This document shows, one piece after another, positions 30,944 through 40,600 of a DNA stretch of 64,000 nucleotides; the stretch's first letter is position 1, and every line of letters starts with the position of its first letter. This DNA is from an uncultured delta proteobacterium (lineage in GTDB: Bacteria; Myxococcota_A; Polyangia; Polyangiales; Polyangiaceae): contig CAWDXG010000004.1 in the NCBI GenBank assembly GCA_963806225.1, positions 1,440,001-1,504,000 on the forward strand, given 5' to 3'. The translations under genes and the position numbers were made by a program. The notes beneath the pieces are model-generated. The model saw only the letters and a program-made list of their open reading frames with translations. It was not told the DNA's origin and made no database searches.

Positions 30944-31585
30944 TCAGACCCCGACCTCGACGGGAGCGGCGCGGCCGCCCAGGAGATCCCCGGCGCGCCG
31001 GCACGCCTGCTCGATTCCGTGATTGACGAGCTCGGGGCGCTCGGCTGCCAGCGCGGGATCGACCGGAGCGCCGAGCACGACCTGGACGCGGCTGAACGGC
31101 AACGGAATGCGGAAGCGGTCCCACGTGCGACCGAGCACGTGGCTGGCCGAAACCGCCGCCCCCATCGGCACCAGCCGCCCGTGACACAGGCGAGCTGCCA
31201 GCGCCGCACCCGGTTTGGCCCTGCGACGCGGACCGCGCGGCCCGTCCACGGCAAAAGCGGCGTCCAGCGGTGCCGACAGTGCGCGCGAAAGCCGCCGCAA
31301 CGCCGCCGCGCCGCCCCTCGACGACGAACCGCGCACCACCCTGAGCCCTTGGGCGCGCATGACTCCGGATTGCAGCGCTCCATCCCGCGACCAGCTCACC
31401 ATCACGAGTGTCCGGCGCCGCCTGGGCCAGCCGAGCAGCAACATCTGCTCGCCGTGCCAGAAAGCAAGGACCAGGGGCGCGCCGTCCGTCAGGTCCAGCC
31501 CGGGTGCCGTTTCTACGACCACGCGCAACGTCCACACCCACAGCCGCACGACGAGGCCGAGCACAAGGCCGAGCAGCGTGCGCAT
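30944..31585 (-). CDS. DUF374 / lysophospholipid acyltransferase-like protein
   Basis: AFWHGE, VSWSRDG, VRGSSSRGG, AVDGPRGP, WDRFRIPLPFSR. Confidence 0.88.
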   Translation of the reverse strand: MRTLLGLVLGLVVRLWVWTLRVVVETAPGLDLTDGAPLVLAFWHGEQMLLLGWPRRRRTLVMVSWSRDGALQSGVMRAQGLRVVRGSSSRGGAAALRRLSRALSAPLDAAFAVDGPRGPRRRAKPGAALAARLCHGRLVPMGAAVSASHVLGRTWDRFRIPLPFSRVQVVLGAPVDPALAAERPELVNHGIEQACRRAGDLLGGRAAPVEVGV

Positions 31586-31605
31586 CACGCTCCTTGCACC
31601 GAGGC

Positions 31606-34600
31606 TCAGCCGCCCTTGAGCTCGGCGAGCCGCGTCTTGGCCTGCTCCAGCGACGCATCGCTCTGGATGGCCCGCTCCAGCATCTGGATCGCCTTCGGCT
31701 TCTCCCCCATGCGGTGGTGCACCTCGCCGAGGTTCATGAACACCTCCGCCTTCGTGATGGGGCTGTTCGCATCGAGCCGCTGGAGCAGCAGCGCGCGGAA
31801 CATCTGCTGGGCCCTCTTCAGATCGTCCGCCTGGAGCGCCACCTCGCCGAGCTTCTTCAGCACGTTGACGTTGCCGGGCTCGATCCGGAAAGCCTTGTCG
31901 AGCTCTTCCAGAGCCCGCTGGGTGTCGCCCTCCGCGAGATACGCGTTGGCCAGCCGGCGGTGGATCTCTCCGAGCTCCTTGGAGCGCTTGCCGCCATAGG
32001 ACTCGACAATCTTTTCCAGCACCTCGGCGGCCGCCTTGCCTCGCCCGGACTCGCTGTACGCATCGCACAGCGCCAACAGCAACTCGCGATCGTCGGGCTT
32101 GAGCTGGCTGGCCTGGTCGAGCAGCTCCGCCGCCGCCGCGTGATCCTTGCGCTTGTCCGAGTGGATTGACGCCGCCTCGCGCAACAGCTTGACCTTCTCG
32201 TCGTCGCTCCCGGCAAAACCCGCGTCCGCCGCGACCAGGCTGGCCAGCTTGTCCCACGCCTGCATGGACTCGTACAGCCCGTGCAGGCGACTGCGGAGCT
32301 CCGCGTTCCGCTCGTCGGCGCCGAGCCCACGCTCCAGCGCGCGAGCGGAGCTCTCGGCGTCGCCGAGCTCGGCGAACTCGTCAGCCAGCTCGATCGACAG
32401 GCGAACGGCGTCGTCGCCCCCGCTCATGTCCAGCAACCGCTCGATGCTCTTCGCGGCTTCGGCGTGATCGCCCTCGGCCTGGAACAGGCGCGTCAGCGAC
32501 TCGAGCGCGCCCCGGTGCTGGGCATCCCGTTCCAGAACGGAGCGGTAGGTCTCGATGGCCTTCTGGCGATTGCCGAGACGCGACTCGTAGACCTCGCCCA
32601 GGCGCACCTGGAACTTGAGCTCGGCCTCGGTATCGCCCCGCTCGCTGGCGGCCTGGATCTGGCTGTTCAGTAGCTCAGCCAGCTCCTCGTCACGCTGCGT
32701 CTTCTCGTACAGCTCGCTCAGCGCAACCACCGCCTCGCTGTGCCCAGGCTCGTCGTACAGGACGCCGCGGAGCAGCTCGATAGCCGTGTCCGGCGCCTCG
32801 AAGCGCTGTTCGTTCAGCCGTGCCAGCTCGATACGTAGCGCGCTGCGATCAGCGGGCGACTCGGCCATCTCGATCAGGCGTTCGAGCAACCGTCCGAGAT
32901 CCTCCCAGCGCTCCGTGGCTTCATACAGACCCTTGAGCGCGCCGGACGCTTCGCGATCGGTCGGCTCGTCCTCGAACAGATGTTCGTACAGGGCGACGGC
33001 CTTGTCGTTGTCGCCCAGCTTGTCCCGCGCGATGCCGGCAGCCTTGTGCCGCAGCTCGCGCACCAGCGAGTACTCGGCCCGGAGCTCGCTGCGGCGCACC
33101 AGGAGGTTGTACGTTTCCTCGTAGTCACCTGCCGCTTCGCGCAGAGCGGTCAGCTCGGACAGGGCCCAGAGGTTGCTGTCGTCGAGCCCCAGAAGCTCGC
33201 GCAGCAGCGACTCTCCTAGCTCGGCGTCGTTCTGCGCGTTGCAGAGCTCCGCGGCCTGGCGGAAGAGATCCTCGCGGCGCTGTTCGTCGAGCTGTAGCTT
33301 GGCCCGCCGGCGCAGCGTCGCGATCAGGTCCTTCTCGCGCCCCGGGGCGTGCTGCAGCTGTTCCACCAGCACCAACACTTCGTCGCTGGACGGATCGAAC
33401 TCGAGCGCCTTCGTCAGCGCCTGCTCGGCCGCCGCGTTGTCCTCGACCCTGTCACGCTGCCAGGTCGCCAGACGAACGCAGAGCTCCCGCCCGGTGTCCG
33501 GAACCAGGTCGGGCGACTTTTCGATGGCATCGCGCAGAGCGGCCGCCGCGCCTTCCCAGTTCCCCGTGATCGGCGCCAACCGTTCGATCTCCTCGAGCAG
33601 GGCGGAATCTGTCGGATCGTCGCTGAGCCCCTGTTGAAGCACCCGCTGCGCCTGGGTCGCGTCGCCCACGTCCTCTTCCAGCACCCTGGCCAGGCTGCGA
33701 CGCATGTCGATACGCTCGCCCGGCGTGTCGGCGAAACCGACCCGCTTCTCGTACAGCGAGGCCAGGCGATCGGTGCGGTTCTGCGAGCGGTAGACGCCCT
33801 CGAGGACCTCGGCCGCTTCTTCGAACAGATCGCGGTCGTCGGTGAGCTTCTCCAGCTCTTCGGCCGCCTGCTCGTGCGCCGGAACGCGCTCCAGCGCCAT
33901 GCGCAGCGACGAGAGCCCGCGCGCAGGTTCGCTGAAGTCGCGGATCTGCAGGACCGCCAAGCGGTAGTACAGCTCCGCCTGCTCGGCCTCCGACTCCTCG
34001 ATCACCACGCGGCGCTCCAGGATCTCGCTGAGCGCCTGGCTGTCACCGAGTCGCGCATGCAGGCGGTCCAGAGCCGACAGCAGCTCCGGCTGATCGCCGG
34101 CCTGCTCGATCGCCCGGACATAGGCCTCCACGGCGCGCTTGTTATCCTCCAGCTTCTCTTCCGCAATGCGTCCGAGCCGGGTGTACAGGTCCTTGGAAAT
34201 ATCCGGATCGAACGTCGCCTGTGCGCGCTCGGACAGAGCGTCGGCGTAGCGAGCCCAGCCGTCCGCTGCCTCTGCGAGGCGTTCGACATCGGCGTGCAGC
34301 TCGCTCGCTTCGGGCTGTTCGGTCAGCGCACGCAGCAGCGCGGCCTCCGCCATCGCAGGCCGCTCCAACTTGCTCTCGAACACCTCGGCGATGGTGCGCA
34401 ATGTCCCGGACCGCTGCGGCGGATCCGTCTCGACGGTGAGCCGGAGCTCGAGCGCGTCGACCAGATCCTCGTGACGGCCACCGGCCTGAAGCACGGGGAT
34501 GAGGATGCCGGCCACGGTCGAGCGCAGGTCCTCGTGCTCCTTGCCGAGCGTTCGCACTGCCGCGATGCTCTCGCCGTCGTCGGGAGCCTCTTCCAGCACC

Positions 34601-37600
34601 AGGCGGTAGGCTTCCAGCGCCTCGTCGTAGCTCTGGAGTTGCTCCGAGAGGATTCCACCGATCTGCTTGCGGAGCGCCGAACGCTCTTCCGCCGACTCCG
34701 AGGTGCTCGCCTCGAGCTTGAGGTTGTCGAGCAGCTCGGGCCACATCTGCTCGGCACGGTAGAGGCGATTGAGCCCCGTGAGCACTTCGCGGTCGCCCGG
34801 CTTGACCGCTAGCGCCTGGCCCAGAGCTTCGATGGCCTGGATCCGGTCTTCCAGCTTTTCCTCGTAGCAGCGGGCAGCGCTCGAGAGCAGGTTGTACTTG
34901 AGGTCGATGTCCTCCTCGTCGCATAGCTCCACGCGGCGCTGGTACAGCTCGACCAACGGCTCGGCATCTTCGCGACCTTCCCGGAGGTCGATCAAGCAGT
35001 CGACCGTGAACGCACTATCCGGCTCCAGCTCGAGGGCCCGCTCGTAGGCCTCGATAGCGCCTCCCGGGTCTTCCAGCATGTCGCGCTTGGCTTCGCCGAT
35101 GCGCCGCCACGCGCTGGCGCGCTCCTCGTCGTCCAGCAAGAGGTCCGCTTTCGCCGTCAGCGCACGCACGACCACCGGCCAATCACTGAGCAAGGTGGCC
35201 AGGCGCTCCATCTTGTTCAGCGGCTCGATGTCGGCCGGGTCCACATCGTGCAGACGGCCGTACGCTTCCAGTGCGCGGCGGGGATCGTCACGGTGTTGGT
35301 CGTGGACGCGCGCCAGCGTGGCCAGGATCTCGCGCCTTGCAGCCAGGTCGGGTTGCTGCTCCAGCACCTCGTCGTAGGTGTCGGCCAGCTGACCCCAGGC
35401 GCCGATCGACTCGGTCAGTCGTTCAAACTCGCCGCGCACGTCTGCGTCGTCCGGATCGATCTCGAAGGCGACCTTGAGCGCGCGCTGCGCGCGGGCCAGA
35501 TCGCTGCCCCGCTCCTCCCAGAGCTGTGCCGTCTCGCGCAACACCGCCACCTTCTCGGCGGGATCCTGCGCGAGCTCGTAGCGATCCTCGTTGAGCTTGA
35601 TGAGGTGCCGCCAGTCATCGGCCGACTCGTACAGCGGGCGAAGGATCTCGACCACGCGCTCCTTGTGCACGTCGACCTCGAGCAGCGCTTCCAGCTCGGC
35701 AATGGCGTCGCCGTTCGTCGGCACCATACGCACGATCTCGTCGAGCTGGTCGATCGCGCGATCGACATCTTCCATTTCCTTCTTGAACAGCCGCGCCAGG
35801 GCAAGCCGATAGGTGGCCGCGGATTCCGGCGTCTCGGCAAGCTCGGCCCGCCGCAGATACAGCTCGGACAGATCGACCCAGCGCTCTCGCTCGCGATACA
35901 GCTCGGTCAACGCATCGAGCGCGACTGCGTCGCTCTCGTCCACGTCCAGCGCCGAGCGATGCGTGTCGATCGCCTCGTCGACGAGCCCGAGCTTCTCGCG
36001 CTGCAAGGCGGCGATGGTGTGCAGGATTCCGAGCCGTTCGGCCGGCTCGAAGCGATGGTCGAGCGCATCGCGGTACAGCTGCACGCGCTCTTCGTACTTC
36101 TCTGTCTTCTGCAGGATCTCGTCGACGGCGTCGAACAGCGGCTGGCTCTCGGGCTCGAAGGCCAGCGCCCGGCGATAGTAGACCAGCGCCTTGTCGTGTT
36201 CGTCGAGCTCGGCGAAGATCTCGCCCGTGCGGCGCGCCAGGCGCGCGGTGGAGGGATCTTCGCCTACCGCTTCCTCCAGCTCCGCCGCGTAGATCTCGGC
36301 GAGGCGACGCTCTGCGCCGGCGACCTTCGCCAGGCGTTCGACCTCGGCCAGAGTCTCCTCGTCGGCAACGTCCTCGTGCAACAGCTTGGCTGCAGTCTCG
36401 AGCGCTGCGGAATAGTCTTCCTGCTGCTCCTCGTACAGCTGCGCGAGCCGGCCGAGCAGGTCGCGGCGCTCGTCCGGATCCTGCGTGAAATCGAGCCGCG
36501 CCCGGATGCAATCCATCACCTTTGCGAAGTCCGCCCGGAGCAGGTACACCGGCTCGAGCAGCGACGCGGCGCGCGCGCGCGATTCTGCTTCGGGAGCCTC
36601 GGCCATCATGCGCTCCAGCTCGGCGATGGAACCTTCGTGCTGCTTTTCGAGCTCGAGCGCCCGTTCCAGCTCGTCGAAGGCCCGTTGCGCGTCGTTCTGG
36701 TGCTTGGATGCGACGCCCGCGATCTTCACGTGCAGCTCGGGCGTGTCGGACGATTCCAGCTGTCGCTGGTACAGCTCGACAAGCTCGCTCCAGCGCTCTT
36801 CTGCGGCGTAGAGCTTCTCCAGCGCCTCGATGGCCGCCGGGTCGAGGTCAAGGTCGAGGATCGTCTCGTAGACCTCGATAGCCCGCGCGTTGTCCTCGAT
36901 CACGTCGGCCAGGAGCCGCGCGCGGCGGAACAGGAGCTGTTTGCGTTCGTCGTCGCCCTCCGCCGCTTCGACCCGCCGTTCCAGGATCTCGAGCAGGTTC
37001 TGCGCGTCCCCTGCCTCCTCGTACAGCGACTCGAGCGCCGAAAGCGCCTGGCGATCATCCGCCCTCAGCTCCAACGCCTTCTGGTAGTACTCGCGCGCCA
37101 GCTCGCGATCGGCGAGCTGGTGCCGCGCCAGGTCGGCGATCTTGAGCGTCACCGCGAGCTGCACCTCGCCGTCGAAGATCTCCGCAACCACCTCGCACAG
37201 GAGCTTGACGTACTGGGCCTGCCGCTCTGTAGCGCCGGCCAGCCGCTCCAGGTGCTCGAGCCACGGCTCCAGCTCGGCGCGTCCCGCCGCCTCCCGGACC
37301 GCTCGTTCTGCATAGCCGAAGGCGCGTCCCTGGTCTCCGAGCGCGCCCTCGGCAACCTGCATCGCGCGCTCCAGCCCTTCCAGCCGGCTCATCGGGTCGT
37401 CCGCGGCGTCGATCTCGATCTCGAGAACCTTGAGCAACCGCTCGTTGTCGCCGTCCGTCTCGTAGATCGGGTGCAGCACTTCCGCCGCCTCGCGACGCGT
37501 CGGGATGTCATCCACCTCGAGGAGTATCTCGAGCGCAGTCCGGCTCGGCGCGTGGCTGGTATCGAGGCTCAGCGCGCGGCGGTAGGTCTCCAGCGCGCCC

Positions 37601-40600
37601 TCCAGGTCGCCGAGATGCTGGCGACGCAGATCGCCCAGGCGCGCCAGCATGGAGAGCCGCTCCGCGTCGTCCTCGGTAATGTCGAGGTGCACCTCGTAGC
37701 TCTCGCCCAGCTCGTCCCAGCGCTCGGCGGATTCGTAGAGCTTCTCGATCGCCGACAGTGCCTGAAGCTCGGGACCAAACTCGTCGATCACCGCCCGCCA
37801 GGCATCAATCGCCTCCGGTACGCTCGAGAGCTGGCCGGCAAGGATACCGGCCGCCCGCGTCATCAGAGTCCTGCGCTGGTCGCCGTCCTCCGCGATGTCG
37901 CGACGCCGTTCGATGATTTCGACCAGTTCGCGCCAGCGCTCGGTCTGTTCGTACAGACGATCGAGTGCCGCCAGCGCCTGCTCGTCGCCGGGGCTCTCCT
38001 CCGACCGCGAACGCCAGGCCTGGATGGCTCCGTCGGTGTCGTGCAGCACGCTGTCGCACAGCTCGCCTAGACGGCCGAGCAGATCGCGGCGCACATCGCC
38101 ATCCTGGTCCATCGCCACCTGGGTGCGCAGCACGCCGGCGAGCTTCTCGTGCTCGCCGCTACCCACGTAGATGCGCTCCAACGCGCGCGCCGCCGGCAGC
38201 ACCAGCTCCGCGTCGCTCTCGTCGAGCGTGATGATGCGACGGTAGGTCTCCTCCGCCCTTCCGGTGTCGCCGAGCAGATCCTCGTAGATGTGCGCGACCT
38301 GCATCAGGATCTCGCCCTTCATACCGGGCGTGTCGGCGTGGTCGGCCGCGGTGCCGAGTACCTCGGCGACGCGCGCGTGGGCTCCCACCCGGCGCCCGAT
38401 CTCCAGCAGTCGCTCGCGGGACTCGACGTCGAGCGGGTCGAGCGGCACCAGACGAGCCAGCGACTCCAGCGCCGCGTCGTCGTCGTGCAGCCTGTCGTCG
38501 CGCAGGGTCGCGATGCGGCGGAGCAGCTCCTTCTGCTCGTCGAGTCGTATTGCCTCGTTGTCCTCGCCGGCCCCGGCGTCGAGCGCCTCGAGTCGTATCA
38601 CCAGCACGCGCACCAGGTCGCGGATCTCGTCACGCGCCTCGTACACGCTCTCGAGCATGCGCGCGGCACGTCCCCTGAGGCTGCCGATCTCGAGCATCTT
38701 CTCGGCCAGCTCGCGCGCGTCGTAGTCGTTCGGCTTGTCCCTGAGCACGTCCTCGACGTGCACGACGGCCTTGTCGGGCTCGTGCAACTGCTCGAGCTGG
38801 ATGCGGGCCAGTCTCAGCTTGAGCTCGGAAGCCTCCTCGCCCGCCGCCGTGTCGAGTCGCCGCTCGAGCAGCGCGGCCAGATCCTTGTGACGCTCCTGGC
38901 GGGCGTAGAGCCGATCCAGGGCGCGCACCGCGGCATCGTGCAGCGGATCGATCTTCAGGATGCGCTCGTAGTAGCGCGTGGCCTTCTCGGCGTCCTCGAT
39001 GATCTCCTCGCAGATGAGCGCGACCTCCACCAGCATGTCGACGCGCCGGGCAGTGTCGTCGGTCGCCTGCGACGCCCGATCATACAACGCCTCCAGCTCG
39101 CCCCAGCGCTCGGCCGCAGTGAGAATATCCTTGAGCCGCGTGAAGGCGCGCTCGTTGCCGGGATCGAGCGCGAGCACCTTCTCCAGATAGGGCGTCGCAC
39201 CGATGGGATCGCCAAGCCGGTCTTCGTGCAGCCGCGCCGCTCGCTCGCAGAGCTCGACTTCGATTTCCGCGGGCAGCTCTCCGCGCATCGCATCGCGGAA
39301 CGTCTCGGCAAGCTCCGTGGGACGACCGGCCAGAACGGCCAGCGAATCGGCCCGATCCCACAGCTCGAGCTCGTCCGGATATTCGGCAACTGCTTTGAGA
39401 ACGACGTCGAGCGCCGTACCGAACGCCCCGAGCTTCTCCTCGTGCACATCGGCCAGGCGCGCGTACAGGTTCATCCGCTCCGCGCGCTCCGTCGCCTGTG
39501 ACAGCATGACCTCCAGAGCCTGGGCCTCGCTGCGCGACTCGCCGGTCGCCGCGAACTGTCGGGACAGTTCCTCCGCCGCAGCCGAACGGGCTTCTGGGTT
39601 GTCCATCAGGCGCTGGAGAACCTTCATCGCGCGCGGGTCGCCCTCGCTGCTTTCCAGTGCGCGCACTGCCGCCGCGAGCGCGTCCATCGGACGCTCGAGC
39701 CTGTCGAGATAGAGCTCGGCCAGATCCACTTCCAGCGCCGCGCGTTCCGCGCCTGCCAGCTGATCGCGATGCTGTTCGATCACCTCTGCCGCACCCGCCG
39801 CGTCGCCCGCCGCGAGCAGCAGGCGCGGCAGCGCGCCAAGCGCGACCGCGTTTTCCGGTTCGATCTCGAGCACGCGACGGTACAGGGCCGCCGCCCCCTC
39901 ACCGGAACCGAAGACTTCCTCTTCCAGTGTGGCCCAGTCCGAGAGGATATGGACCCTGTCCGCGTCGCTCGGCGTGTGCTCGACGCGCAGATCCAGAAGC
40001 CACCTGAGCTCGTCGCGGCGGTCCTCGCGACGCAGGATCGCTTCCAGCGCCTGGGCCGCGTCTTCGTCGGAAGGTTCGCGCTCGAGCAGGCGGCGGTAGG
40101 TCGCGACGGCTTCGTCGCTGCGGCCCAGCTCCTCGGCGTAGACGCGAGCGAGCTTGAGTGACAGCTCCCGGTGCTCCTCCGGCGACGGACCACCGTCCTC
40201 GGCGGCGGTGTCGGCCTTCTTGCGCTTGCGGCGCTTCTTGCCTCCGCCCTCGGGCGGAGCCTCCTCCTGACGCGCCCCGTCGCTCGACAGCCGCGCCTCC
40301 AGAGCCTCGACGAACGGCTCCCAGCTCTGGGCCGAGCGCGCCGAATTCTCCAGCAGCTCGAGTGCCGAGGCGTTTGCGGGCGCGAGCTCGTAGGCCTGGC
40401 GCGCATAGCCGACCGCCGCCTTGCGGTCGGAGAGCCTTCCGCCAGTCACTTCCACCAGCTTGCCCAGTAGCTCGATCTTCTCTCCGTTGTCCTCGGCGTG
40501 CTGCAGCAGGACCTCGTACAGCGCCGGAAGCCGCGCCCACTTCTCGTCTTCCTCGTAGAGCGGCACGAGAGCGCGCGCGGCGCGGGCGTCGTCGGGATGG

